The notes under the pieces: generated by a model
The model's database searches: none
What the model was told of the DNA's origin: nothing
What the model saw: only the letters and a program-made list of their open reading frames with translations
Assembly (NCBI RefSeq): GCF_009914755.1
Contig: NC_060925.1
Source: the human T2T-CHM13v2.0 reference genome, Homo sapiens
Length of the DNA stretch: 64,000 nucleotides
Strand: one strand, 5' to 3'
Program-made: the position numbers and the translations under genes
Shown: in pieces, positions 36,664 through 56,320 of the stretch
Layout of the letters: the number at the start of each line of letters is the position of its first letter
Position numbering within the stretch: position 1 is the first letter of the stretch

Positions 36664-37664
36664 TTAAATGCAGAACCCAGAAATTAACTGCTGAATCCAA
36701 AGGGGGCTTTGGAGATGTGCAGGCCTATCACTCCTCCCACAGTTCTGCTAGCTTGGCCTTGGCAAAGCAAGAACTCTGGAGGGACTTTGGGGCACCAGCT
36801 CAGGCCTGACACAGCAGTCTCAACAGCAAGCCAAGAGGCAGAACAATGCCACTCTAACATCATGATTCACAGTGAGTGAAAGCCACAATAAAGCTTTTCA
36901 TCAGAGGAAAGGGAAAATAGGCTTTGTTTATCAGCATCCTGGGGGAGATCAAAAGCCTACTTTCTAGAGCTTGTTCCAGATGTCTCTTCTACCTCTTTAG
37001 AGCCTACTGGCCTCCAACAGCCATGCTCAGTATCTCTCATTTCATGCACAAAAAGGTCATTTCAGGCACAGCAAGAGAGCAGGCAGCTCTCTGCATTCTC
37101 ATGCTGCCAAATCAACCTTCTCACTCACCTAAAGGGCTGTTCAATATTTGTCTTCATGGCCCACGTATCCTCAGAAGACAAAGCCATGTGCTGTCTGCTC
37201 TGGGACACAGAAAAAGGAGTTAATCCAGCTTTCTCTCTGAGTTGACTAAATAATGCTAAATGATTCTCTCTGGTCACAGCACTGCCAGCCTTTGGAAAGT
37301 GATGACTCCTGAGCCCAAGAAGCTCCCAACTAATAGAGAACATGTTGTTGTCTCCCTCAAAGTGTTCTTGGTCTAGTGTGTCTGGGTACCTTGTTCTTTC
37401 ACTTTCTCATTTCTTGAGCTAAGACATAACTATTACAGCCAAAATAACCTACTTCTATCATCCCAACAGTGTGGTAGGAAAGCTATGTTCTTAAAATAAA
37501 TGTCACACGACACCGTAAAGTGAAGCAACACTGGATTTGAGAGTCAGGAACTAGATTAGTGTCATACCTCTGCCATTCACTAGGTGGGTAACTTTGAGAG
37601 TCACATTACCTCTCTGACCTTTAGTTTCATCAATTGGAGATATACCTATTCAAAAATCAATAAA

Positions 37665-38011
37665 TACCATCTTGTGTCACTTAACAATAAGACACAGTTT
37701 GGGAAATACATTTTTAGGTGATCCCATCCTTGTGTGAGCATCATAGAGTATACTCATATGAACCTAGATGGGATACCTACTATAATCTCAGGCTATGTGG
37801 TATAGCCTGTTGCTCCTAGGCTACAAACCTGTACGCCTTGTTACTGTACTAAATGCTGTAAGCTATAATAACACGATGGTAAGTATCTGGGTATCTACAA
37901 ATACCTAAACATAGAAAAGACACAGTAAAAATATGGTATTATAACATATGGGAACCACCATCCTTTACGCGGTTTGTTGTTGAGTGAAATGTTATGTGGC
38001 ACATGACTGTA
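37665..38011. mobile_element. Tigger3a/MER7-like TcMar DNA transposon fossil
   Basis: ggtatagcctgttgctcctaggctacaaacctgtac..aaacatagaaaa..cagtaaaaatatggtattataa..gttatgtggcacatgactgta. Confidence 0.8.
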
Positions 38012-40057
38012 TTTACTGAGTCCCTGCCTACTACATGCCAGGAATCATGCTAAATGCTAAGGATATTCTGGTGAGCAAATCAGACTTGGCCTTTGCCCCC
38101 ACACAGTTTAAAGACTAACAGAAGAGAAAGAGAGTAAATAAGGAAACAAATATATATTTACAAATTAGAAGTGTTTGGAAGAATAAAAAAACAATGTGCT
38201 TAGAAAGAAAGCATGATGGAGAATGAGGCTTTTTCCCTCTGGAGGTACAGAAAGCATCTCTAAGGGGAGTATGTGTGAGGGAGGAGGAAAAGCCATCAGA
38301 GAAAACAGTGGAGAAGGGGGATTCCAGGCTGACGGAACATCATAGGCAAAGGCCCAGAGGGAAGGAGGGGCTTGGCATGTTCAAAAGCTCAAAGAAGCTC
38401 AAGTGTTTGGAGCTGGGAGCTTGGGAAGCAAGAGGAGGTGGTGCGAGAGAAGGCTGGAGAGGGAGCAGCCAAGAAAAGTAACCAAGTCCTGCAAAGCTGC
38501 AGTGCTGTGCCTAGCACATAGTAGGCCCTCAGTCAACATGGGCTGCATGCAAAGGTTTTCTTTGACCAGGAGAGTAAATTTTAAATTTTAATTAACCTAA
38601 GTGACTTCTAGGAAGCCTTCTATTTTAATGATTCTAGTCCCCAGATTGCTGAGGAAAAAATTTTTAAAGAGCCCCTTGTCCTTTGTGAACCACAAAATAA
38701 ACAAAACGCCTGTGGAATGAGAATTTCACCCTTAGAGCCCCTACCTCAACCACCAAAGTCAAGGATGCACTATTTAAATAATATTTAGGCAAACGCGCTT
38801 GGCCCAAGGGAAACAATATATGCTTCTAAAGCCACAAACATTATGTAGGTTACAGGTTAAAATCATTCCATGGTTCCCTTACTTTCATGAACAAACACTA
38901 GCTTTACTAATCAAGAAAAGATGTTAGAATTTCTTAGATATCCCATTAAGAAGACCCATACAGCCAAAGGCAACGTGGAAATTCTAGGCACAACTGTGCC
39001 ATCTGTTTATGCTCAAAAGATGAGTTTCACATCACATCTTATCTGAGTGGTATGTCCTCTTTTGGGGCCCCTGTCTTCTATTCTTTCCCTAGTTCCAACA
39101 TTTCCATCATGTGCTAGCTTTTCCAGTGGAAATCAAGCATGAATATAAGGCCACTCAAAAGCTCTACAGAAAAACCACTAAAATGTTCATTTTTCCAAGA
39201 TAATGTTTGGCGGCTATGGTAAAAAAGTGCAAGAGATCTGGAGTGAGACAGAGCTGGATTCAACCCCTAGCTCTGCCACTTACTGGCCACGTAAACTTTT
39301 GTTCCTTTTTGAGTCTCAGTTTCTTTTTCTGTCAAGCAGAGATAACACCTACCTGGTAGGGCCTCTGTGGCTTAAAAGAGATCACATCTAAAGCCCCTTG
39401 CCCATGGTATAGAGCATAGCAGGCACAAAATAACAGAAAGCCAGGTTTGGAAGGTGGCCCAAGTTTGAGATGCAGCAAAGTCCTTGTAGCCAGGACTGCT
39501 CCCCAGAGGCTTGGCCACTGAGGCAGATGATAAACAGAGAGAGCTGGAGCTTGTCATGAGAGGCCAACCCTGCTGACTCAACAGTGCCAGAAACTTTCCA
39601 ATGGATCTCAAATCCCCCAGAGAACTCTGTCCTACAGGAGGACCCAGGGCTCCTGGTGGGCAAGTGCATTCCTCAAGGGCACTCTACAGAGCCCAGGCCC
39701 AGCCTGATTGGGTGCAACTAACCAGAGAAGCATTTACCTTTAAGAGCTTCAAAAGCCACAGTTGGACCTAGCCCAGGGTCAGAGAAACACAATCCTTGGA
39801 AGATTTATCAGGTCTTGCCAGGACCCTGGTTTGCATCTTTCTTGCCAAATGGATCCATTGTTAGTCCTGTCTTTCTGATCAATACCTTTGTCTAAATTCT
39901 GCCGACAGACCCAAACCATCCGGTTCAAGTCAGCCCAGTTCTCTTCTGCCTCTTGTGAATTGTTTGTTGAGCATTTTCAATTCTTCTTCTAGGAGACTGA
40001 TGACTCCCAATCAGGTGACATTTTAATATGCCTAGCAGTAAAAGCATTTATCTAAGC

Positions 40058-40090
<33 letters not shown>

Positions 40091-42829
40091 AACCAAAGTC
40101 TTATCTACTGGCATAATGTGTTTATCTCGATGAGTTTTGTCACATAAATGAAATAAAAGAGGGCCAAAAATCATGTTATTCCAGAAACATTCTTCCCCTA
40201 ATATTTATAATGCTATGTTAAGTAGGAAAAATTCAGCAAATGATCAATTTAGAGAAAAGGAGCCTTTTTATTTGGAATCTACCCATTAACTTAAAAACCA
40301 CAAATCTTGTTTTATACAATAATGTATTCCTCCTCCCAATCTCAATATATTATCAAGTCATAATGAATAAGTTTATATCTCATTTCACAGAATAACAAAA
40401 ATAGAAGGGGTATCCCCTCAATGTATAAATGAGGAAACTGGGACTCAGAGAACAAATTGCTTCAGATTAATTCAGCTAGTCCAAGAAAAGGGATGAATAA
40501 TCAAAGCCTAATTCCAATGTGGTCAAAAATAAGAAAATAGAGAAAGGTACCTGGAAAACCTACAACCAAAGGCACGGCCTCCCAAAACCTGGATCTACAG
40601 AGCCAACTTTTACCCATGGCAGCTTTGGGAGCATCTCTGAAGAGCAGATTAAGAAATGTGGCAGAGCTTATGTCTGAAAGGTCTGGAGACCAGGATGGCA
40701 AGTGGTAGCTGTCCACAAGTTACAACCAGTAATAAGCAGGGGCATCATCCACCTAGGGCTGGCCCATCAAAGGTGTGGGCATTGTGGCCATGGTTACAGG
40801 GACCACCTGAGGAGAAGGGAGAAGTCCAGACTCCAGGTGTCTGTTGATTTTTAGGATATGGTCTTGACCATATTCTCCTCCTATAGGCTGAGAACTAAAA
40901 ATAAAAGAGAGCAGGTAAGTGTATCAAGAACACAGATTTAGCCAGAGAACACAAATGTTCTGCTAGCACCATGGAGATCTCATATATGTATAGATACTGA
41001 AAACCAGACAATTGACCTTAGCCCTGGTTTGAGCATCATGACAACCCCTGGGCTGGGAAGTAATAATTCAGACAATAGAGGTTTAGCTGGTGAAAAGTGT
41101 CTGGGGCTCACTTCTTAGCCTACCCTTTGCAATTTCTTTTTATTCATTTTAACCTAATATCACCTGCATACAAATGTTTAGTGATGAAGGAGGGTAATGG
41201 TATGAGTGTGAGAGAGTTCTGGAAGTCTCCTCCCAAGAGCATCAGCTAAAGTTTTATCCACTTCAGAACAAGTCCATACCCAGGCCCGAGACATCACCAG
41301 TTACAGGCAAAAACACTCATTGACAGCCAGAAGAAGAAACCACAATCAGAGAGAGGGATACTGCAGAAGGAGGATTAAGACACTCACTCTCTCACACAAT
41401 TTTCTAAGCAAAGAATTTAAAAGACAAGAGACATGAACCCAGCCTTTCTTAAATCCCTTATTATTGACTGTAAGCTTCTAAGCAAAATTGATTTCCCCTG
41501 TTCCCAAATAATACTCCACCCACTCCAGTGGCCAATAGCTCCATCAAAGGTGTAGGCATTGTAGCCATGGCTACAGGGACCACCTGAGGAGAAGAGAGAA
41601 GTCCAGGCTGCAGATGTCTGTTGATTTTTAGGATGTGGCCTTGACCATATTCTCCTTCTTTAGGCTGGCAACTAAACATAAAACACAGAACAGCTAAGTG
41701 TATTGAGAATATAGACTGAGCCAGAGAGCGTAAAGCTGCTCTGCTAGCACCGTGGACAGCGAAGCCCAGTCTCAGTAGGCTCATGTGCTATTTGGGGTCA
41801 CCTGCCCTCCCCACTCACCTGCTGCCTTTCTATAGCAGAGTGTCACGACTCAGCTGGGAGTGCTGGTGATGGCTTCACACATAGTCAAGGGGGCTGGACA
41901 CTGCTATTAATATAGCCCACTTTTCCCCTTAGTACTTTCTCCCTGCAGTGATTCATTCCACCTGCAAGTACTTGAGCTGTACCTGGGTGGCTCATTCATT
42001 TGCAAAAAATAATTTCACAAGCATTTAAAAAAAGTAGGCAATTAGCTTACTCTTAATCTTAATATGCCACCTGGCTAGCAGGTGGTCTCCTGCCCCAAGC
42101 AATGATGCAGGCATTCTGGAGTCATCTCTGCCTCTTGCTGTATATGTTACTTTGTCTCTATCACCAAGATGCTTTCAAATGTTCCTCCTTAGAAAATCTC
42201 AAGTTCTCAACTGAGCCTGTTATAGAAAAAGAGTTCCAAACCCTTTTGGCAGCTGCCATCTAAAAACTCTGTTTTCCATATTTAGCTAGAGTCCACAGTT
42301 TTCACTGAACTCATTCGTAACGTAAGTATCAACCACTCTTCAGAGAAATTTGCTGGGAGGGATGTTTCATGTAGCACTCCCAAACCAGAGCCCGCCTGGA
42401 ATAATCCCACTCACATAATGCCAAAAGAACCAGAAACAGCCCCTGGAAAAAACTTAAACGTCAGTTGCTCCTTGCTCTTCAAATGAGCATTAAGTGTAGA
42501 TTTCTGCTGTTCCTCCCTAACCCCCACCCCAAAACTGTTTCTCCCACTGACTTCTAGGACAGCTTACCTGAAGGGTGAGGTGATGAGAAAGTTGAGCAAG
42601 ATGAAACATTAAAGCTAAAGAACACAAATGAAGGCAAGGACATTTGTCCAGCCTCTTCTTCCTCATTCTCCAGCTCTGTCTCTGCCATGTGCACAAAATT
42701 ACCCATTTGGGCACATTTTTACCCCAGAATTCTAACTCCTCTCTGTTCAAGCCTTTACAATGACCACCAGAGAGTACCCCCTCATCCCTGCCCTCATGCT
42801 AGAACTTCCCATCAAGATAAACTAATCTT

Positions 42830-43002
42830 GGTAATGGTTCTTACCCAGAGGAGCACATTGGAATCACCGGTAGAGGAGGTGTTTGTTATATATATATGTT
42901 ATATATATATATATTTATATTTATATTTATATATATATTATATATATTTTATATATAATATATATAAAATATATATGTAACCCACTATATATATATAACC
43001 CA

Positions 43003-43034
<32 letters not shown>

Positions 43035-43285
43035 CTCATGCCTGGTGTTTACTCTGGAGGTGCTCATTTAGTAGCCTATAATGGAGGTCTTGAATCTAAA
43101 CTTTTTAATAGCATCATGGATAAGTTGGATGCACTCTCAGTTGTGACGCTCTAGCTTAGAGCCTTTCTGGGGGCTTGTAAGAAATACAAAGCCATGAGCC
43201 TACCCTATGCCTACTGTGTTAGAATCTGCATGTTAACAAGACCCTCAGGTGATCTGTATGCACATTAAAATCTGAGAAGCACTGG
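42830..43285. mobile_element. MER5-like MITE fragments interrupted by an AT-rich simple repeat (~42885-43030)
   Basis: gcacattggaatcacc.., then ttagaatctgcatgttaacaagaccctcaggtgat..gcacattaaaatctgagaagcactg. Confidence 0.6.
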
Positions 43286-43520
43286 CTTAGAGCACATACA
43301 GGTCAACAGGTTACTGTTCACACCAGCGACTACACGTTTAGTGCTTTATATAATGAAGACTTTACCCTTGCTAAGGGAATTTCACATATCTGGGAGCTTG
43401 ATCCTACAGAAGCAGAAAATAAATATGGGAGCCTGAGGCCTTACAGGCACTTTAAAAATCACATCATGAGTCATGGGGACAGATTCCTATTTTGTTTATG
43501 CGTAAGGCCGGACCTTTGAA

Positions 43521-43565
43521 TTTTCTTTTCTTTTTGAGACAGGTCTTATTCTGTTTCCCAGGCAA
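43521..43565 (-). mobile_element. Tail-proximal piece of an AluJ-like element split by the IPO7 retrocopy
   Basis: ttttctttttgagacaggtcttattctgtttcccagg; Alu continues at 48517. Confidence 0.85.
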
Positions 43566-48877
<5,312 letters not shown>

Positions 48878-50819
48878 TAGAAATAAGACCCAGTTACTGC
48901 TGTTGTGGAAAGGGCAACATTAGAGAAATGTTCAGGAAATGGAGGAAAGGCCCTTATCTCAGCTTAAGGAAGCCTTAACTCACTATTGTTTGGCTGAATC
49001 TCAAAAATGTACAAACCAATAGGAGTGTCCCCTTCTTCCCTACAGATTCCCTGAAGCCAGTGGGCTGTCTGGCAGGAAAACCAAATACTAACTGTGATTT
49101 GCCCATTCTAGAAGGTAAGAGAAGGGATTCAGGGCATGCGTGTAAAGTTAGGCTTTGATGACTTGTGTTAGAAGGTTCAGGAAGAAAGCCGCATCACTTA
49201 TCCCCTATGGAAAAAAAGGAATGGCCAAGAGAACTTCCTTGAATCCATGAAGAGCTTCCAAAAAGAGAAATTTTAAGTTTAGGGATGATAAGGAGCAGAA
49301 AGGCTTGGTCTGCTTTACCTGGTGAGCCTATCAATGCACCCACCAAGCACATGCTTGTTACCCAGCAGAGTGTTGGGCACTAGGGGGTGGAGGAGGATAG
49401 AATCTAAGATTACTTTTAGCTCTGAAAATCTCAAGACCATCTAAGTTAGGCTCTTCATTTTACAAAAGACAAAGTGCAGACCCAGAAAAGGCCTTATCCA
49501 AAATCACATTACTAGCTCTTGAGTACAAGATTACTAGCAGGCTGCAATCTGGGAAGATGGCTGAAGTGGACTTGACATCATATTAAACTCCAGCATCAGT
49601 ACTTTGGGCAACATGTAGTCACCAGAGGTCTCTGAGCTGGTGACCAGCTTAGTTAAAACCACTTTCCCCCTTGATAATAGTAAATGCCATTTCCAGTTAA
49701 GTTACAGATGACAGATTTTATGGAATGTTTCCACCTTAATGTGCGAGATCTGAATGGTACCTCCATCACTGACATTACATTTTGTTTCTCAACCCTCCTC
49801 TTCACAGCTCTTATTAGGAAATCGGGGAAAGTCAGGTGCTGAGGCCCAAAGGAGCTGTGCCTTGCTGGTGTTCCCTCATGAAAGGCTGCAGCCAGAACTG
49901 TGTCCTTCCTTCTCAATGCAGGTCTCTATGCTAAACTTGTTCACCCTCTGTTCCAGAGCTTTAGGTGCTCCACACGAAGTACTCTTGAACTCTGTCAACC
50001 CTGACCTCTCCCCTGTCATGTAGAAAGGCCTCAAGTGGTAGTTTTTGGAGCTCCCGATCATACAAGCACATGCACCCTTCTCAGGAGAGGGCAATTAGGA
50101 AACCTGCTAACTAGAGGTGCCATGGCAGGTGCCAACTGGATCAGTGCAGGATGGAACAGCACATTCCAGACAGCCTCATGAGTTCATTGCTAAGGGTAGA
50201 GCTAATTTACAGGAAACATGCAGAGGGTTTGACTGGATCCCCTCTGATACCAGCTGAGCCCAGCTCTCACATGCCTATGGCATGGAGTGGATGGTGCTGG
50301 GGCAGGCTTCTCTCAGCCTGACAGCAGAGTAGCTGTCTCCACTATTGAGCCAGGTGTGACCCCAGAATGCCATCTCTACCCCCTCAGCATGGTAGCAATG
50401 CCATGGCAGTGAGGATGTGGGGAATGAGGAGCAGCTTAGGAGAGACTAAGGCATTGCAGGACTGAGGTCCACTATGCAGCTCCAGGTCCCCCTACTATGC
50501 TCCTTCAAGAACAGTGTTGGTAGTAAGAGATTATCACCAAGTTCCTCTCAACTCAGCAAAACAAGTGGGGAAGCGAGAAAAGAAAGGAGGAGGAAGATAG
50601 CTTCCTGTGCTGTGAGGACTAATTGCAAGCAAAATATGTGTCAGCTGCCACTGCTCACAGTAAACACTCAACGGATGGTAACCTTAAGGGTTTGGGCTGC
50701 AGCTTTAGTGCCCAAATCCTACCTCTATGGAGGGAGTGAGACACTTGGACAACAACAATCAAGGCAGGTGGAGAAAATTCTGGTTTTGCTTGTCCCAAAA
50801 CAAATCACCTCACCCATAG

Positions 50820-51290
50820 CAGTGTAAGACAACTAGCATTTTACTATGTTCACAGATTCTGAGCACGAGAAATTTAGAAAAGGCCCAGCAGGATGGCTTG
50901 TCTCTCTTTCTTATACCTGGAGCCTCAGCCGGAAAGATTCAAAGACTGGGATGACTTAGTTGGAATCATCTATGAGCCAGTTCATTCACATAACTGGTGG
51001 TTGACCCATGCTGTCAGCTAGAACCTGAAGCTGTAAGCTGGAACACCTATACATGGCCCTTCCATGTGGCTCTTTGAATTTCTTTACAGAATGGTAGCTG
51101 GGTTCTAAGAGCAGGTGTCCCAAACAAATCACACAGAATCTGTATGACCTTTGATGACTTAGCCTATCACTATAATGTGACTTCTGCCATAGCCACAAGG
51201 CTTTCCAGGTTCAAGGGTAGAGAACAAGTATCAAAGGCAAATTTTTAGAAGAACATGTGGAATGGAAGGTAATGTTAAAGCTATCTCTGG
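50820..51290 (-). mobile_element. Old MLT1 (MaLR) LTR
   Basis: cacagattctg..atggcttgtctct..tggaatcatct..ctgtcagcta..acatggccct..tcacataac-type motifs. Confidence 0.55.
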
Positions 51291-52079
51291 AATATACAAT
51301 CTGCTTCATTTGTCAAGCTAAACATATGCCCCCATAGTCTCCCAATGCAGAGATATTATGTACAATGTCTGGAACAAATATTTTCATATGACAGCTCATT
51401 AATTCAGTCCTTACAATAATACTGCAAGGTAATTTATTATTACTCCACGTTTTACCTGAAACTGAGCTCAAAAAGTTTAGATAACTTGACCAAGGTCATA
51501 TAGTTTTTAAGCACCAAAGCAGTATCAAATCCAGATCTAAATCTGTTAACTACTTGTTAAAACTCAAAGCTCATAGTCTTTAGAGAACATTTTGGGTCAA
51601 ACTAAATGATCTTGGTTCTAGGGCAGTAGGAATAAGGTAGCAAAGAAAAAAAAAAGGCAGCTGTTCATTTGATGCCTAAATGTTCACAGTGTACACACAA
51701 TGCTGAAGCTACGCTTTGTAACTCTTAAGTGTTATTTCTTTTGCTAATAAATGCATTTTATGTAAGGAAAGACTTTGAAAAACAGTATCTCCAGATAGAA
51801 TGGAAGCTGGGCCACCTTGCTAGGCTCTCCTACACCCCAATCGCATTTTCCAAAGTAGGGAGAAAGGTACAGTTCAGAACCTCTGTTTTTCAAACTGGAA
51901 TAAGGCCTCTCTCTTACTTTTCCCCCAACTCTTTAAGACAGACAGTTTTTATTTTGAAACTTGGCCTAGATTGTGGGGCAAAGCACAACCAAATGAAATG
52001 GGTGAATTCCCATTTTGATCCTTATTGTCATTCTCCATCTCAGGTAGCTGATGGATCCAGGCTAAATGTGGGTCAAAAA

Positions 52080-53400
52080 GTATGTTATAGATCAGCTTTA
52101 GTTGAAAAAAAATGTGTATACACCAATACAACTCAATGGGGGAATAAAAACTTTTTCAACAAATAGTGTTAAGACAACTGGATATCTGCATGCAAGTGAA
52201 TGAAGTTGGACCCCTACCTCACACCATACACAAAATTTAACTCAAAATGGATGATAGTCTTAATTGTAAGAACTAATGCTCTAAAACTCTTAGATGAAAA
52301 TATAGGGGCAAATCTTTATGACCCTGAGTTAGGCAAAGCCTTTTTAATTGTGACACCAAAAGTACAGTCTACAGAAGAAAACTAGAAAAAATGGACTATA
52401 TGAAAACCTAAACTTTTGTACTGCAAAAGATACCATCAAGCTAGTAAAAAATGCAACCCACAGACTCGCAGAAAATATTTGCAAATAAAATACCTTATAA
52501 GAGATTTGTATCCAGAATATATTACAAAAAACTCATAACTCAATAGTGAAAAAATAACCCAATTAAAAATAGGCAAAGAATCTAAATAGACATTTCTCCA
52601 AAGAAGATATAGAAATGGCCAATAAGCACATGAAAAGATGTTCAACATCCCTAGTCATACGGGAAATGCAAATCAAAATCACAATGAGACATCACTTTAC
52701 ACCCATTAAAATGGCCATAATCAAAACGACAAGTGTTGGTGATGATGTAGAGACATTAGAACACTGAAATTGTTGGAAGAATGTAAAGTGGTGCAGATGC
52801 TTTGGAAAACAGTTTAGCAGTTCCTCAAGATGTTAAATGTGGAGTTACCAGATGACTCAGCAATTCCACTCCTAAGTCTATACCCAAAAAAGGCAGAAAC
52901 AAATGTCCATATGAAAACTTGTACATGAATGCTCATAATGTTCATAGGAACATTGTTCATAATGGCCAAAAATGTGAAAACAGCCCATATACCCATCAAC
53001 TGATGAACAGATGAATTAGATGTGGTATAGCCATACAATAATTATTCAGTAATAAAAAGGAATGAAATACTGATAAATGCTACAAAATATTAGAACCTTG
53101 AAAATGTTATTCCAAGTGAAATAAGCCAGTCACAAAAGACCACATATTGTACAATTCAATTTATATGAAGTGTCCAGAACAGGTAAATCTACATTTAGAG
53201 AAAGTAGATTAGTGGCTGCCTAGGGCTAGGAAATGTGAGGAGAAATGGAAAGTGACTGAAAATGGGTATGGGGTTTCTTTTGGGAGTTATGAAAATGTTC
53301 TGAAATTGATAGTGGTGATGGTTGCACAACTCAATAATATACTTAAAACTATTGAATTGTACATTTTAATTATGCAAATTGTATGGTAGGTGAGTTTTAT
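52080..53400 (+). mobile_element. Ancient L1M 3' region
   Basis: Degenerate ORF2 MKLDPYLTPYTKFNSKW and an L1M-type 3'UTR. Confidence 0.85.
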
Positions 53401-53449
53401 TTCAATATTTATATCCACACACACCTACACATAGAATTATATGTATATG

Positions 53450-53452
<3 letters not shown>

Positions 53453-53494
<42 letters not shown>

Positions 53495-53495
53495 G
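53453..53495. repeat. (CA)n(TA)n microsatellite
   Basis: Direct reading. Confidence 0.95.
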
Positions 53496-53634
53496 TGTCC
53501 AAAGCAAATTCATATTAAAGTGGGGGCAATGTCAAGTATAGAAAACCACCCACAGATACTCCTCTGCTTTAGCCTAACATGTGGCTGTGTGACCAAAGGT
53601 ACTGTGAAAAGCAATTAGATGGTGTTTTCTGAAA

Positions 53635-55599
53635 AAAAATTTTATTGAGGTATAATTTACATGTGACAAAGTACTCCCATTTCAGTTCATAGTTTGATGT
53701 GTTTTCACAAATGTGACCACCATATAACCAACACATTCAAGATACAGAATATTTTTATTACCCCAAAAAGTCCCTTGTGCCCCTCTGTCTCAAAATGCCC
53801 AACCCTAGGCAACAATTGATCTACTTTATGTCATTTTAAGTAAGTTTTGCCCTTTTCTATAATTCCAGATAAATTAAATCCTACAGCATGTACTATTTGG
53901 GACCTGGACTTTTTTATAACTCAGGATAATATATTTGAGATTCAACCATGTGTCATGCATATCTCTAATACATTGCTTTTTTATTGCTGAGAGTATTCCC
54001 TTATATAAATAGACTAAAGTTTGTTTTGCACTCATCTGCTTAAGGACATTTGATATTTTTCCCTCATTTTAGTTATTATGAACACTGATATACAAGTTTT
54101 TGTGTGAACATATGTTTTCACTGCTCTTTGGTAAATGAACAGAAGTGGAAACACTAGGTCTTATAAGTGTATGCCTAACTTTATAAGAAACTGCCAACCT
54201 GATTTCCAAAATGTTAATACTATTCTACATACCCACAAGCAATATATGTAAGTCTTTTTAATTGTATTCATATAGTGGGTATCTCATGTAGTTTTCAATT
54301 GCCTTTCCTTGATGACTAATTAAATGGAACATCTTTTCATGTGCCTTTGGCCATTCATGTGTGCGTGTAAAGTGTCTGTCCAAATCTTTTGCCTATTTAA
54401 AAAATTTATTTTTAATTGAGTTGTATAAGTTTTTTTTAATACATTCTGGATTCAAACCTTTATCAGCTTAGTCTGTGGCTAAAAATTTCATTTTCTTAAT
54501 GGTGTCTTTCTTAATAGTGCCTTTGATAAAGTCTAATGTATAATTTTTTTCTTTTATGTTTCAAATGTTTTGTGTCCTAAGAAATCTTCGCATATGCCAA
54601 TGTTGAAAAACTTCTAGTTTTACAGTTTTAATTTTTATGTTTCAGTATACTACCTATTTCAAGTTAATTTTTGAGTCTACAGTAAAGGGTTGAAGTTCAT
54701 TTTTTGTATATGAATATCCAATTTTGTAGAACCATTTGTTGAAAGCCTATTTCCCCACTAAAATATCTTCTTAACAACATTTAATCACAAGATTCTTCAT
54801 TTCCCTTTTATAGTCACACCCACTTCCTTCCAACTTTCCTTTAATCCTCTTCTCATTAACTCCTACCAACCACTAATCTGTTTTCCCTTTCTATAATTTG
54901 GTCATTTCAAGAATATTGACTATATGGAATCATAAATTATATAACCTTTTGGGATTTGCTGTTTATTCTTTGCATTTATCCATGTATGATGTTTTTCCTT
55001 CATTTGTATAGATCTAAATTTCATTGATAGTATTTGCCTTGCATCTGAAGAACTTGCATTTTAAGTCAGCTGGTGAATAATTCTGTCAGCTTTTGTTTGC
55101 CTGAAAAAGTTTTTATTTCATATTTATTTTTGAATGGTATTTTTATTGGATATAGAATTCTAGGTTGACAGTTTGCTGTTTTTGTTACAGCTCTTTAAAG
55201 ACGTCATGTCATTTTCTTCTGATTTAAAAGTTTCTGACAAGACATATGTGAGTATTGTTATCTTTGTTCCTCTGTATGTAATTTTTTTGTCAGCTCTTAA
55301 AATTTTCTCTTTATCAATTTTGTTCAGTAATTTGATCATGAACTCCTTTGGTGTGATTTTATTTTGTGTTTATCCTTCTTGGAGTTGTTGACCTGCTTGG
55401 ATCTATGAGTTTATAATTTTCATAAAATATGAAAAGTTTTTAGCCACTACTTGTGATATTTTTTCTGCCCTTCATCCTTTCTGGGACTCCAGTGATATGC
55501 ATATTTACAATAGCTGCTTAAAAGACCTTGTTTGTTAATTCTATTTTCTCTGTCATTTTAGGTCTATTTCTGTTAACTGATTTTTCTCCTAGTTATAAG

Positions 55600-55646
<47 letters not shown>

Positions 55647-56320
55647 TTTAGGCATGCCTGGTAATTTTGGATTGGATGCTGGACATTGTGCCTTCATATT
55701 GTTGAATGCTGGATATTGTCCTCTTTAATGGATGTTGAACTGTGCTCTTACTGGCAGTTAACTTAATTACATATCAGCTTGATCCTTTTTTAGGCTTTAT
55801 TAAAACTTTATTAAGTAGACTTTACTCTAGGGCTTATTTAGTCCTATAACTAAGCTGTGACTTATTTTGGAATGCCCTCAATATTAAGCAAGGACCCTAA
55901 ATTTACCCTGGCTGGTCATAACTCAAACTTCTACCAGCCCTGTATTGCCTCTGGAAATATTCAACTTACAGATACCTGGTAGTTCTTTGCCTGGCTTGTG
56001 CAATTTCAGCCTACATATAGCAGTCAGCTGTAGTTACAAGAGGAATGCTATAAAGATCCTCAGCATTTTCTCTACTGAGCACATTCCAGCCACTCAGCCT
56101 CTTCAAATTCAAATTTTTGTCTTCTCAACTCTGTGATATCATGCTCTTCTTGAGTGTGTATTGTGGTCCAGAAAGTATCTCCAGGCAGAAAGTTGGTATT
56201 ATCATAGGTCTTATCTCATTTGTTTCCTTTCTCTGAGGAGTCACAGAACTGTACTAATTACCAAAAGGAGTTTTTTTCATAGATTTTTGTCTGGTTTTCT
56301 AGTTGTTTACAGTAAGAGAA
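53635..56320 (-). mobile_element. Ancient L1M fragments, antisense, with (TG)n at ~55602-55644
   Basis: T-rich degenerate L1 reverse-strand motifs (tttattgaggtataattta.., aagaaactgccaa.., ggatatagaattctaggttg). Confidence 0.7.

Noticed and set aside
42883-43071. Tyr/Ile-rich ORF
   Set aside because: Translation of a (TA)n low-complexity tract.
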